A stretch of DNA of 63,974 nucleotides, counting the filler, from Catajapyx aquilonaris (lineage: Eukaryota), in assembly GCA_000934665.2 (NCBI GenBank). It is 3 parts of 3 records of this genome, joined end to end, with 100 filler letters (N's around TTAATTAATTAA, not from the genome) between each part and the next. Parts side by side here need not be neighbours in the genome. Positions count along the whole stretch, not along the records: positions 43,162 to 63,974 come from JYFJ02006183.1; 2 more parts are not named here. The stretch is one strand, 5' to 3'. Shown here in pieces: positions 45,734 through 60,300 of the stretch (the first letter of the stretch is position 1; each line of letters starts with the position of its first letter). Position numbers and translations under genes: made by a program. Under the pieces are notes generated by a model. It had not been told where the DNA came from, searched no databases, and saw only the letters and a program-made list of their open reading frames with translations.

Positions 45734-48680
45734 TTAATCCTTATAGTCCTTGAGGCTGGATCGGAAGCCTTTGGCGATCAGAGTCCGTACAGTCTTTTCC
45801 CACATCTTTTCCTCGAACTCATCATCATAACCTGGTACCCCGTGCTGGCATAACAGTTCGCAGTTGGTGAAGCAACCTCCAGAACGAGGCTCGATTCCAG
45901 GGGCAGAGGCGCAGAAGAGGAGGTTCTGTGCTCCTTGTTCTGGACTACGGAGGAGAAATGGTCCCATATTTCGGATCAGACTGCCAACAAAGCCTGGAAG
46001 CTGCCGGAACAGCCCTGTGTTCACAAGACCTGCAACAAACAATGTCACACTTTATGTCACAATAAATAAATGGGACAGTAGTTGGCAACTGAGGCAACCC
46101 TGTCCAAATTGGTATCGAAATACATTGATTAGTGTTCGTCACCTGGATATGCATTGTAGACAGTTACGCCGTCCCGGCGGTACCGGCGTGACATGTCTCT
46201 GGCCAGGAGGAACTGCACTGTCTTACTGATACCATACCACTGTCAATGGGGAGGTGCAATGTTTTTAACTGCGTTCAATGCATTGTTATAAAGCATGGTG
46301 CGAAGTCAGCTGACCTTAAGGAGGTTCTTGGATTTGAACCTTCTTCCATCGAGGTCGTTTACATCCAGTTTCTCGGTTGAAGGTTTGATGGAAGTGAAGA
46401 CAACTCGTGTTACAGTGGGGTTGCCCCTCAGCTTATCCATAAGGAGGAGGGTGAGGAGGACTGGTCCGTAACAATGGACTGACATGGATTGGTCCAATCC
46501 ATCCACCGTCCACTCTTTTGGGCATATGACACCTTGAGACATAAAAGATGAAACATGCCAATGGTAGGAAAATACTGTCAATACTTCATGGCTCACACGC
46601 AATGATAACACTAATTATAAATCCAATAAAGCCAAAAATAGCCCCTTGTAAGATATTGACTAATAAGTACACAGTAGTGTCACTCCTTAATCACTAACAA
46701 GTAAGGGTGAGATAACTGATTTAATTAAATCCCGTTATCTACATTTTGACTTCATACTCATAAGAGGATGTGTCGTGATGCTGACACACCTGCGTTGTGC
46801 AATATGACATCCAGGCGTTCTTCAGAGGCACAATACTCCTTGACGAAGGCCACCACCGAGTCCAATTTGGTCAAATCTAGAAACATGAGTCGCACTTTCT
46901 TCTTGTCCAAGAGTGGTTTCAAGACAGGATGTTCCCCTGCTGGATCTCGAACTCCCAGAACAACACGTGCTCCCTTCTGCACCAGCTCTTCACATGTTGC
47001 CAATCCGATTCCGGAAGTGCCTCCTGCCAAAGTGAATAAGGACATTAGATAAATTTGATATGAAATGCATAATTGGCAATAAAAGTACCAATAATATGTA
47101 CAATGTGCAACGTTTTGAAGCTGCTGTACCATACTGACTATTATACTAAAATAATTACATGAATTGATGGCTATACTTCACGTGGGCAATACACTGCCCC
47201 TGCTCCAGTGATCGAGACCTACTGCCTTCTGCTTATTATAGGAACTCACACAGTAATCAATAATTTGCGTAATACTACCAGCTTATTATGAATGCATTCA
47301 TTCTGATTCAGTTGGTAAAATTACTCCACTTACAATTATCATAATTACATAATTATTTCTCCCACTACTACAGTATAAGCCATCTAAGACAACCCTCTAG
47401 TGTACCGTACAAGGCATCTGCATTTGTACAAGTATTTTTAGTCTACATACTGGATTTCCTGTACCCACGTAAAATGGATCCGACATTGTTATTTTTAGCC
47501 GAAAATATTACAGCAATATTTTTTCGCGCCATTGAAGGTGGCACATAAATATTTGCTGAATGCTAAGAGCAGTATTTTTACTGTCACACGAGTTTTGCAT
47601 AGCAAATTCTTTAGGATGAAGCAAACACAAAAATAAGTATGCGCACTATTCGTTTCGTGGCATTTAGCATGCAGAAATTCCATTCTGGGAAAAGCGGGTA
47701 TAAATTCTATAAGCTGCATAACATATAATCGCCAACAAGAATATATTAGTTTTTCATTGCCCTCTTTGTAGTATCAAAATAGATCATCACAGGTAATATC
47801 AGAAGAATCCTAAAATCTTAATATCAGTAATGGCGTCCATTACTCCATTACAAATATTCATCCTGGAAGTTAGCTAACCTGTGCATCTCTCTTTCCATAC
47901 CTGTTGTCGTCTAGTAGTAAGGGGACACAAGCAAACAACCAATTCAAATATCCATTGGAGAGCATCAGGTGTCGTTTAGATCGGGCTAATCACCGTTTGT
48001 GTACTGTTACGTCCGTATTGTATAACCAGGTCATTCGAACCAAATTAATTGCATGCACTATTTCCCAAGAAGAAACATTTCTTGGAAAGTTACCTCAAAA
48101 GCTATATTAATTACATCTGCTAATTAAAGCACAAAACTGCTTAGAAATCTTTAGAACAATGTGATTCTCTGAGGACACAACTGAATTCCCATATACAGTA
48201 TGTCTACTGTAGTACTGTAACATGAGTTTGCAAAGTTAGTAATACGACTCGTCCACAGCTTCCATATAATCAAATTTCTCTTTGCACAAAAAAGTGTCCT
48301 TCGTCACTAGACAGCAACTGGTCCATAATAATCGTTTCAGAAGCATGCGATGAATGAAGCAGCGGGGATGAAAGAGAAGGTAGCCAGTGAATGAAGCTCT
48401 CTGCTGGAGCGATATTGATCTGAGGCAAAACGTAGTTATATACACCCCACTATAGACACAGAGGCATATATAGGCAATTTTGAACCACGCCCTGGAGCTG
48501 ATAGATCCCCCCCGGAAATGCAGACTTACCCGTGAGAATGATGGTCTTTCCATCCAGACCATCGAACCCAGGACACTTGTTGGTGTTGCGAAGATATGCC
48601 CTCAGGACCAGCAAAAGGCCTAGGAAAGTGGCAACCACTGTCACCAGAACAATGGCCACACCACAGCACAAGTCACTCAT
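45734..48680 (-). CDS. Short-chain dehydrogenase/reductase, retinol dehydrogenase 11-14-like, complete, 331 aa
   Basis: Exons 48680-48530, 47023-46790, 46532-46315, 46239-46143 and 46029-45734 (996 nt). N-terminal hydrophobic anchor, LDGKTIILTGGTSGIG, LDVILHNAG, catalytic YGISK, PGLVNT and RSPEQGAQ. Confidence 0.93.
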
Positions 48681-51600
48681 ATTTAGGCGGATCCGGTTAC
48701 ACTGCAGTGAGATAAACAAGGGGCAAGTCGCACCATTATTTCGGGGGGCAATTCGAAATAGTTGGGGGGGGGGGNTCCTCTGTGTGCAAGGGCAAGTGGT
48801 TTATTCCACTAGATGAGCAATAATGGGGACCTGGGCGGGGATTAAAGAGGCTCTTGTTGGAGCGGATTGTGGCAGCCAGACAATAGAGAAGTGAGGCTAT
48901 GGGGAGTGGGGTGAGGGTGTCGGGGTTTTTTCAGGCATGTCTGTCTTTCATGATTGTGGGTCGGTTTCCGGGCAAATCGAGGCGGCCAACTAGGGGAACA
49001 AACAGGAAAATTGGTACGCCATTGTTGTCGGAATTTAATTTTTCCGGACTTCCGTCGGATTGTCTTCCGTTTACGGGGGTTTCTTGCCTATTGAAACTCA
49101 TGGGTAGAACGAATTAGAACTGTACAGTACTGGGTGTGGATACTGTACACAGTGTACAGTATCATTTAGCACATACTTGAAATTATTTTGTCACAAGGGC
49201 CATACCTGCTATATATCCCTTCCCAATAATACAGCCTTGCTATTGTCAACATTAAGGCAAGAATAGTAGAGAATAAACAAGTTGAAAGTATAACTTGATA
49301 GCAGAATTGTGGACTGCTGCATTGAGGGTAAATCCTCGTTATTCATATATGGTAATGAGATTCGAAAATAAATTATTAAACAAGGATCAACCACTTGTTC
49401 TGGGTTTACGCAATGCAGACACGTTGAACACTATCTGCAGGTTCTGAGTATATAGTTACCCTAATCTTTTTGTATATGAAATAACGTGAAAATGAAGAAG
49501 AATTACTGCTTCGACAGCTCCATTCACCCCTCTTTGGCAATCAGGCAAGTGTTGGCACTCCTCCACAGGCAATAACTCCTAAGTTTCAAGCAAAAGCAGG
49601 TGGATTTACAGCCCACTCTTTGTGGTGGCAGCTGCTAAGTAAAATGCCCCTAAAGCAATCCTGTTCCCATCTGGATCCTCGAAATCAATTGCACATACGC
49701 TTATATGACCGTGCACATACGCAACCTACAAATTGCCATCATGAATATTCGACTGGAAAAGGCACGTCATCAAATGCAATGCACAGCTGTGTTGTTTAAA
49801 ACGCATTTTTTAAAAAGCATTGGTAGCGGTACAGACAAACGACCCATTCTACTATTATTGTGTATTGTATTCATATGAATTCCTATTGTGCCACACACTT
49901 GTAAACAAATGAGGCTAAAAGTGTCTGACATCGTCACGTCGCTTTTACGCACCCTGATGCACCATGATCTCATTACCTTTAATTTACTAAGCGCAAATGA
50001 GATTCAGCAACAAGGTGGTTAATAAAATCTGGTCAACTTACCACTCAAGCTTCTACCGACTCGCATGGCCACACCCCGGCACTGGAGGTCACAGAATTAA
50101 TTGCGCATAGCCTAATTCGCACTGCGATGTCGAGAGGGGGGGATTCGCCCACTAAGAACACAACCAAAACCACGCGTACATACCCCCATCGATTTACGAA
50201 TAGGTGTGGTTTTTTCGGGAAGGGGGGGGGGGTTCACACACTGCAGGGGGGCGGGTATGTACCTGTACTAATCAAGGCTGGATGTCCATCAGCATGCAGA
50301 GCACCAACTGCCCCCGTACCCTGGTCCTTTTAGTCCTTTCCAGAAGGGCTTTTCTGCTCAGGCGCCCTTCGTTTCAAAAAGGCCCCTCCTCCTTGCCCTT
50401 CCAGCAGGACGACGCTCCCGAAACGCATCTATATAACAAACACCACCCACCCCACCCACCCATTTGGTATAGTCATACCCCTGACCAGTTGCAATATCTT
50501 GTTATGCCAAGTTCAAGGTGCATAGTACTTTTGAAGCCATTTTGAGACGAGTGGAGATGCAGAGTGGAGCTATTTGTGGGGAAGATGATAAGACATGGTA
50601 GTTATAGGACAGGAAAAAAAGAGACTGGTTTTATATGTCCAAAGTCTCTCAGCTAGATCGATACCTACACGCCCACGGTATTTTTGACAACTTCCCTTTC
50701 CACAACCTAGCCAGATTGGATTTTGCTGAATCAGGATAATTTCGAATTAATTTTAGGTCAATATCTAGTAAGGTTAGATATATCCAAAGGAACTCTCTTG
50801 GGAAAATGGTTGTGTGAATAGACCATTAGTTGTGGAAATGCGGTGTAATTCAATGCAACTTGATATCTTCAGGGCAAGGCCGGACGGTTTAATTACATGC
50901 GACCCAAATGCGTCTGGCCAATGGACGTGTACAGTGTCATTGGGGAATTTGGCTAGCAAAGTGGCCAGTGTTAATCCTATGGATACACGAACCCCCCCTA
51001 TCAAAAGCCTCATAGGACTCATCTCCTCTCCAAACATGAATCGGATCAACTAAAAACCGTCCGGATTCATTATTCATCAATAACTTTCCCCTCCGCAAAA
51101 TCCGGTTCCCTGCGAATTGTTTGCACGTCTCTTCAAAAATTATGCGCTGACGTCATCCTTGCGTCATTTGCCAAAATGCACATGCACGTTTAATAAGTGA
51201 CGCAATTTCTGAGCAAGCGGTTGTGGCCTTGAACTTTCATGTCCTGTTCAGGTCAAGTGTTGCGACCGGTTATGTTTAAAAAAATGTACAATGGCCAAGG
51301 TTAGAAACCGGATCAATATAAGCCCGGTTTTATACTCTTACACCCTTCTTTTTTTCTGTATACAAGTAACATAAGCGTACTGAATATTTCAAACATGATT
51401 AGGCTGGACCTGCAACATACCTATGAATATCTAATATCCTCGTTTGAAAAGCCGATATCGATTTGAATTCATGACTCTTTCATGCCTTCTAGCATTCCCA
51501 AGACTCCTTAATGATGTTGTCCCACTTCCGCTTTACTGCTCATAAAGGTAAGAATTAATGCCCTTGTGCGTGTCATAAGTTATTGTCTCGTGCTGTTACA

Positions 51601-54495
51601 TACTTTTCAAACACCGCAACGTGCATATTCAGTGCGGTCGGAAATTAAATATTGAACCAAGTTACTAAGGGCCTTGTAGCCGTCATATCAGGTTGTAACG
51701 TGGAAAACGAGCAGCTGCAGAAAACCGCAGTAATCCAATTAGCGAAGACCCTGAATAAATTAACTGCGACAAGTACTCTTTCTGTACAGTATGGCCGCAA
51801 ATCCGGCTGGAAAATCGATGACCCGTACGGTCAGTATGTAACAGTAATGAGTATTCAAAAATATGGTAATATTTCAGATATTTCCGGAACATTATCACGT
51901 TGACGTGATCGGAATCACAAACAGGTCGTTAGAATGAACCCCGCATTACCCTTGTAGCTAGGTCACTATACGGGGTAATTTTCTTTATTTCCATTGTTTA
52001 CATCATGACGCCATCGATCAATTTGCATATGCCTACACCCTGCATACTGTAATGACAATAACAACAGGCATTATGCAATGCCCTTGTCCTTTTCCGCAAT
52101 AATGCCGCCTACCCCATGTCTATTTCCAGTCTTACCTACTATTGAGCGGCCTTGTCACCTATGCCTTTGTTGACACAGCAGCAGTCATCTTAACCTTCTT
52201 CGCCCCAATTCTGGGTCAGAAAATGTCACGACATACATGCCTCTTGATGTCCTACATACACCGACAACGTTTCTCACCTTGACTCTGTTTCTCCCCAAAT
52301 ATGGTGAGCATAGCCCCTCCCCTAATACGTAAGTGATTTTTTTTACTACAATTGTTCTGTCTCTTTCTACGAACCCCACAGACGAATCTTCAATCCGGTA
52401 TCCCCCTACGAAGAAAACACCTACACACAAGTACACTTACAAAAAAGGTTACATGATGAGAGTTACTTCCCTGCGCTTTCCTAGTGGCTTGCAGATCGGC
52501 CTGACAGAAGCAGAGTTTGTTACAAGGTGCTGTACCAGGTGAGTTGATTAAGTAGGAAAGTAAGCTTCTTATAGGTCAATGGTTGGGAGATAGAAAAGGT
52601 GCATATGCAAATTGTCAGCTATTAGATTTTCGTGATTGGGATAAATGCTGGAGGAAATTTCAATAATCAGTTTGATCACCACTAATGAGAATTTATTGTG
52701 AATAGCAATTACCGGGAGGTATTTTTGCCCCATAGTATGACTTTTTTGCGCACGATAGCACGACCTAACGCTCAAGGCTCAGGCGATTGAATATTTATTA
52801 ACATCGTCTGAAAATATGCTAGGTTTTTCTCTACATAATTAGGTAGAGCAGGGAACGTTCTAGCAATATGTTGAATCGAAAGAGGATGCGATGCCGCAAC
52901 TGCTTCTTGATATCCATGGTCGGGGCAAACAGGTTTTATGTGTCTCAAAAGGACAGGACGAGCTATTTAAGACTCGACAAAACAGACATGCGAGTGATAC
53001 AAAAAGTGTAGTTAAGGTCATTTTTTCGGGATATACAGTATATGATAAAAACCACATGCAATGAATCCTAGATAGCTAATATACATTTGTAACGAAGAGG
53101 GCTTATTATTGTTACAACAAAATAATTATGCAGAACCTGACGGTTCAAATAGTTTACAGCTACTTTGCAAATGGTCGGACATATCCTGGCTCTATGAAAC
53201 CATCAGCACTCTATTGTTCTTATCCACATATTTCACATCTATCCAAACCCCCAATAAAAATAGTATACAAGCTTCCAGCTTCAATTTGGTAACTCACACC
53301 CCAAACTTTTGGCCAAAAATGATCACATCGCTCAAGCCTCTCAGAATAGCAGTCAATATTATTCCAGCCCTCCACAACTTTGCCAAGGCAAAGTGGTGAA
53401 GCACGGCCTTCATCATATTGCCCAACTTTGAAAGAAAACCCCCACTCTTTCTATTAACACCAACCAACACTTTTCTATTCCCTCTTCCTGCTCATCTTCA
53501 TAATAAATTGGGCAACCCTCTTCTTCGTTTTTTGGAGGCACGTGGCTACAGCAAATGGCACACTATTTGTTTACACGTCGTGACAGGTTAGGTGGCTACT
53601 AGCAAGATACAAGTGCGGCTGGTTGGCATTTTTACGGCTTCTCCTGGCAGGAAGTTAAGGAAGCTACATCCGCCAGACGGGATTTTTTTAAGGATGGCTA
53701 TTACTTCACAAGATGCAGAGACCTTCCTCAAAAAAAGAATTTGTGCAATCGCAATAATGGCGGGTCTTCCCACGTGGTTTGTAACCTACTGGGTAAACTA
53801 GTTCTCCCACTTGCAAGGGCGTGTTCTACATCCTGCTTTTCCTCTTTTGGCCACTTTTTGGTCAAGGGCACCTGAGATGGTCGGTTACGTAAGTGCATAA
53901 GACAAGAGCCGGTTTGCAGGATATCGGCACTGATGAAATGCCAAGAAGATGCGGCATATAATGATGTAATCACAGGGTGGTAATTAATTAGTGGAAGAGG
54001 AGGGTACCGGAAGGGTATGGAAATGGGGGATAGAACATGCAATTTTAACTATCAATAAACATTTCTTGTATAAATTAAAGTCACACTAGATTACAGCTAT
54101 GATAACTCAGATTCTATAAATGGCCTAGAAAATAATAGAGATTGGCATTGAAAACCTGGGTCAGGATCATCAATACATTTTTGGCTCGAGCCAAAGGTGA
54201 TGGAAGGCAGATAAAGGAGGAGTCAAAAAGTCACCTTGAGTCGAGGAAGACCAAGCAGAAGGTGATGGGATCATCACAGAGGTGTCCTGGCCACGCCTCA
54301 AGGCTGAATACTAAATAGCTTACCCGCTTGCTTATGTAATCCATCACTACCCACACCTAAATGTTTGTTAGAAATATTTGCCCTTACCTCCCAAACTGTA
54401 CAACACAGGTGGGCTGGATTTCCCACACTCATTTTGTTCTTCCGCATCATTTTGTTTACAACCTTCTTCACTTGTCATTAGATTGCCTGGCCGCA

Positions 54496-56708
54496 ATGGG
54501 GATTGCAGTACGGCTATGTCTGCAGGTGCTGGGATTGGTGATACTGACCTCAGGACAATATGTGCACAACAGGGGCCGAGGTATAGTTTCTGCAGATTGC
54601 CCACTTGCATCCATATACATTAACTAATCCAACTATTACAGCACTTACTGTGGTGGACCCCTGCAGCCCAACACCTTGTGGATACAACACATTCTGCCGG
54701 GTGAGAGATGATCACTCTGCAGAGTGCAGGTGTAACCCAGGATACTTCCCAGATCCTGATACAATCAGGGGATGCAAACCACAATGCACAGTGTAAGTAT
54801 TTTGTCAAAATTAGTTCCAAGGAAGAGTGACATTGCCTTCTACCCAAACAGCTCTTCTGATTGCCAACCAGGATTTCGATGCACTGGAGGCCGCTGCACA
54901 CAGGTGTGCTCCCCCAACCCTTGTGGACTCAATGCAATATGTGAATCCAGGGGTAACAATGCTGTATGCCGATGCCTGCCAGGCCACATTGGTGATGCCA
55001 CCAACCGTTGCTATCCTGTGAGTGACATTGCTAATGTACTTTTACAAGAAATCAGAGGGAAAAAACAGTGGCAGGCTACTTGGCCTCCCAGCCAATACCC
55101 ACCATTTAAATATCAGTGCAACACTTACACACACTTGTTTATTTAGAAATTATTTCTTGGGGAGCCAGTCCAAGTGGTCTTGACCAGTTTGTCCCTCTCC
55201 CTGAAAAGCACTACTATTCTGCAAGTTCTCATTATGATTACAAATTGAATTCTTTTTACTAGGAACCAAGACGTTTACCCAAATTAATAGTTGATCCTTG
55301 CTCCCGCTCTCCCTGTGGACCTGGTGCAGAGTGCCGAAACCGCGGAGACCGACCTGTGTGCTACTGCCCCACTGGCTACCAAGGAAATGCCTACCAGGGA
55401 TGTATTAAGGGTGAATGCACCTGTAAGTTACCCCCATTTCTAGCCTTTTCCAGTGGAAGTGCTTCATAAATTTATATTATTTTCAGCCAATGATCAGTGT
55501 CCCCATGACCGATCATGTCAGAATTATCGGTGTATAAACCCCTGTGCAGGAGCATGCGGTGTGAATGCAGATTGTGAAGTCAGGAGTCATGTTGCCGTCT
55601 GCACCTGTCCCAGAAAATACAGGGGAGACCCCTTCAGGCAGTGCATACGATTTGACCCCAGTGAGTCAACACTGTCTTCCCAAATACCTATTCCAATGCA
55701 GTAGAATTTGCAGCAATGTGACTTATTCCAGATGAACTATGCCATCCTAGTCCATGTGGACCAAACACCAACTGCAGGGTAGAAGGAGAGAGACCAATCT
55801 GCTCCTGCCAGGCAGGGTATGAAGGAAACCCTATTAGTGGCTGCAGACATGAGTGTGATACGGACAGCGAATGTGCACCCCAACTGGCTTGTGTGAACTT
55901 CAAATGCCAGAGTCCATGCTCCAATGCATGTGGAGAATATGCCAATTGTGAAGTCAGAAATCACCGGGCCGTATGTATTATGATGACTTAAGTCCACTGT
56001 ATTGTAAATAAGCTCTACAGGACATAGCATTAAATCCAATATTTCAGGTGTGTACATGCCCAACGGACTACCTCGGCAATGCCCTCCATCGCTGCTATCC
56101 GGAATGCACCGCCCAATCGGACTGCCCTGCGAACAGAGCCTGCCATGGTGTCAAGTGTGTAGACCCTTGCGTAGGTGCTTGTGGAGTCAATGCAGAATGC
56201 AGTGTGCAGAACCACAAGGCCATCTGCAGCTGTCCCAAGGGATATGTTGGACATCCTTTTGAGCATTGCCGAAAATCCCTTCCACGTAATACCAAGGCTA
56301 CTTTTTCTTAAACCTAATCTGAACCAGCCTCATTGAATAATTGTTATGAACATTTATGCTCCATTATTTATTGCAGAGGACTTGTGCAGTCCCAATCCCT
56401 GTGGAGTAAATGCAAAGTGCACCCCAGGACATGACGTCTCTGGTCGAGAACGTCCTGTATGTACATGCCCTGCAGGATATCTTGGAGATGCACTCTCTTC
56501 ATGCTACCCTGGTGAGTGCCAAAAGGACTCGGAATGTGCAGACCATCGCTACTGTCTCAACAACTACTGCCGAAATCCATGTGACAACAATGTTTGCGGA
56601 CTCAATGCCATTTGTGAGGCTCATAACCATGCAGCCATCTGCAGCTGTACCAAGGGACATACAGGAGATCCCTTTAACCATTGCTACCCCGATCCTGAGT
56701 TGCAATGA
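54496..56708 (+). CDS. Secreted EGF/DPY-module repeat protein (Dumpy-like, no ZP or TM domain), complete, 514 aa
   Basis: Exons 54496-54580, 54642-54792, 54852-55017, 55263-55422, 55487-55660, 55732-55970, 56048-56285 and 56377-56708 (1545 nt), all phase-compatible. Signal peptide MGIAVRLCLQVLGLVILTSG; repeated DPCxPxPCG..C.C..GY.G and ECxxDSEC..xC.N..C.NPC modules. Confidence 0.92.
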
Positions 56709-57370
56709 GGGGATAATATGGGGGGGGCAAAAAAGAATGTAACAATCACACTTAACCATTTCTTTCTCCCAAGGTAATACGACAATAATACAGGTTGAAA
56801 AAATACAAGCAATCTTACAGTTGCTTTTATGGTCTTCCAGTTGAGTGTCTTTGACACAGTTGTACTTGTCAGGTTAAAACTGATGTTCACTTCATGCATC
56901 ATTCACCAATTTTTGGAACCAATGCATTATTCGTGCAAACACTGGTTCTCTATTAAAGCCTCAAAATTGTGGAAAACTAGTCTGTCACTAGAACGCAGCA
57001 TTAGAAGAGTAATAATGTAATTAGGTACTACCGTTATGATTCTCAGTTACACTACATTGGTAAAATAACTCCAATATGGCACATATCTGAATAAATATAA
57101 AATTACTAATCACATTTAGTACCCAATGCTGCTTGTACAGTACAAAAAAAGCATTATGTTCAACTAAACTGCAACAGTACACCATTTTTGTAATTCCCTT
57201 GTTTTTATACTTTAACTGGTCATAAAATGTTGTACTCTTTGGTGTGAGATCGTTTCAATTTCATGTTCCCCATCCATGAGATCAATCTTAGAATCAATTT
57301 CCCCGCAATATACAGGTAAATACCTACCTGGCTAAGGGTAAGGTAGGTAAATACAGGTAAATAAAAGTAT

Positions 57371-60300
57371 CTATTTTCTCTCAGGGCTCTCTGAGCTGCC
57401 GGACTTTTTGGCATGTAAAGCGTCATGCACTGACCGTGAAAGGGCTTCTAGCCCATCCACCTCTCTTCTGTTCTGAGATTGGTTCATCCATTCCTGTAAA
57501 AAATTATCTCAGTCATACAGCACAGAAGGAGGGAGGCGCATGTTAATTTACCTGAAATCGCAGCTGCAGTAAGTTACGCAATATCTTTGAATCACATGGT
57601 CCAACATCATCTTGCTGAATGGAATTTTTCCACTTCTTGATAGCATGCTTCTTATTTAGGATTGCCTGAAAAGCACCAAGGATAATTCCATAACAGCTGC
57701 AGTCAATTCTTTTGCTGTCAACATGCAAGCATGCCAAATATTTTAAAATTAATGTAATGAGAGCAATGCAATAAGTAGGGGAGATCTGTTGAAACACTTT
57801 ATAGTCTGAATTACTCTGTTACATATGCATTTAGGTAAAAGTCAAAATCCTTGGCATTCCAAAATAAGGACACATTAATTACATGGGAAATTTTCCATTG
57901 CGTTAGAATAAGCCCAAACATTATTTGGAGTGTGCATGAACAAACTTGATTTGGTGTAGATCCACAATGCTTGGTATCTCAAACGTGCAAAAATCCAGAT
58001 TGGACACTGGTACATTCAATCCGATTCAGTCTGAAGATTGTGTATTCGTATTTTTGTTATTTTTTATTATATTTATTTTATTTATAGTACCCTGTGATGA
58101 CCCTTACGGGTCTTTATGGGTGTGGAACACCAACATTTTTTCATTCCAATTTTCTGTATTTTTCTTCAAGGTGCAGGGAAATAAGGGCATTGGGTAAGGA
58201 TAGGGATTTTTTGGGGAGGGAACATGGGTGCAAGTGCAATGTGTGTAAAGGGTCGTGTGCTGTTCCGCAGGAGGTTAGGTTGCCAGACGCCTCCAAGGCG
58301 CGGGTCAGAGACCCAACTGACGCAGGTGAAATGGAGCTCCCAGGCGGGGATCGAACCTGGGACCCTTCACTCAGCAAGCCGAGTCGTTACCATCTCAGCC
58401 CCGTACCTCCACAAAGATTGTGTATTTTTTAAATGTCTCCCTGGAACAAATTCCAATCTGATCAAGGACTAGAAAGTATTTCCAAACCTTCTTGTAAGCT
58501 TCAGGCAATCTGGTTGGGATATCAGTGATGGAACCTGGCATCTCAAAGGGAACAACAAATTCGTAGAACTCTGCAGGATCCATGATGCTCCATGATGTGA
58601 CTCCTTCTTCTGGGCAGCCCTTGTCATCCAATAAAGCAGGAGAGTCCCATTGGTCCAGATCAGCTCCAATCATAGCCCTTTCCATGTGAAAGCCCAGGGA
58701 TCGGTAATGGGCATTGTAAGGGGCCAGTGTCAGGTTCACATTCCGGGAGCCCAGTAGTGCAGGTTTATTTGGAGTCAGCACATGAAATGTGCAGTTTGTG
58801 CATTCACTGTTGTACAAAGATACAGGAAATACAGGTTCCATGTAAGGCAAATATGGTGAACAGAGGGAAATGATATGAAAACAAAAAATATTATTTCCTA
58901 TAAAAAGCAGCATGAAAAACTGCACAGGTAATATTTTAAAATCTAACAGCATTGCCAAATGCGCTTATGAATGAATTTATCTTTCTAAACATTAGGGGAG
59001 GTGGAGTGGTGCTGCGGCAATGTATCCGCCCATGGATGTTAAGGTCTCGGGTTCGATCCCAACCCGGGGACACCCCCTTCACCTCGTGCACAGTTCAGGG
59101 TCACCTCTGGCTTCGTCTCGGGTGGTATTTCCACAGACTAAATCACCCGGGGGAGTTCACTAAAAATGGCCACGGATAAGACATCGCACTGCACCTTGCA
59201 CATCCCCTCCTGTCATCTTGCCCGTCGGCCCGGGCGTTACGTATAAAGGCTCCAATGTACTTGACATAATAAATAAAGGTCCGTGCTGCATACCTCAGAT
59301 GAGGTCAAGCACTACCCCGGATTATGATTATGATTATGATGATTATTATTATTATTATCATCATCTTTCTAAACGTTGTTCCAGTTTCGCTCTACGGCCC
59401 GTCCTTTTGGGCTCTTGATCGAGGAGAGGAAGTTGAAAGGACCCAAACGTATTTTATTAAGAAGTTTCCAGCACTTCCCCGTAGAACAGCAGGGTATTTT
59501 GTACGGATGGAGACGGGGAGCAGAAATCTAACAATCAACATATTCGAACAACTAATAGCGTTCTTGATAAAAACTCTGACCTTCCCAGAAGGCAGATGGA
59601 GTAAGATGGCCCTACAATGGCTCCTAAATACACAAATTGAACTCAATGGGCGAGATTAATGAAGGAGTTATTTTGGAATAGTGGTTACTCTTGTAAAGAA
59701 TGGCTTTTGGCAGGTGACTTTACAAATAGTCAAGTATTGGTTAAAAATTATATAATAACAACTCTCGACCAAGATAGGCGGGATATACAAAAATCGCTTT
59801 GCTATAATGATTATACTGATCTAGCACCCGACTGTGGCCTCTCACAATATTTCCTGTCCTACCACTTGTCTGATTAGTATGTAATCTTAGGGACATATCA
59901 TTCTCATTCTATGTCATGAATTACAAATTTCGATTCCCACTCGACTCTGGTTGTACACTATACAACAGCAGATATAACTGGACTTTGCATCACTTAATTT
60001 ACGACTGCTACTTTTTTTCTTTATCCGTAAAATTGTTCTTGCAGATATTCCCGAACTCCCACCGAATAAGACACACACTGTTTGCCTCTATGCCGATACA
60101 GGCAATCCATCAAAAATGTATTTGTCTTTTTGCACTCGCCGTGGGGTACCTTAAGTTCTGTAACACTGAACTGTAAACAGCAGTAAACTACTGTATGAAA
60201 ACTACAGATAATGGTGAAAAGTAAAATGCATGTAAGGGAAGATTCCCTGTATATACCATAAGGTGCTCTGGGATAATAAACATATATCTATCTATTTATA

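Noticed and set aside
53588..54042. KKWPKEEKQDVE reminiscent of a SANT-like transposon C-terminus
   Set aside because: Too short and not followed by the expected residues.
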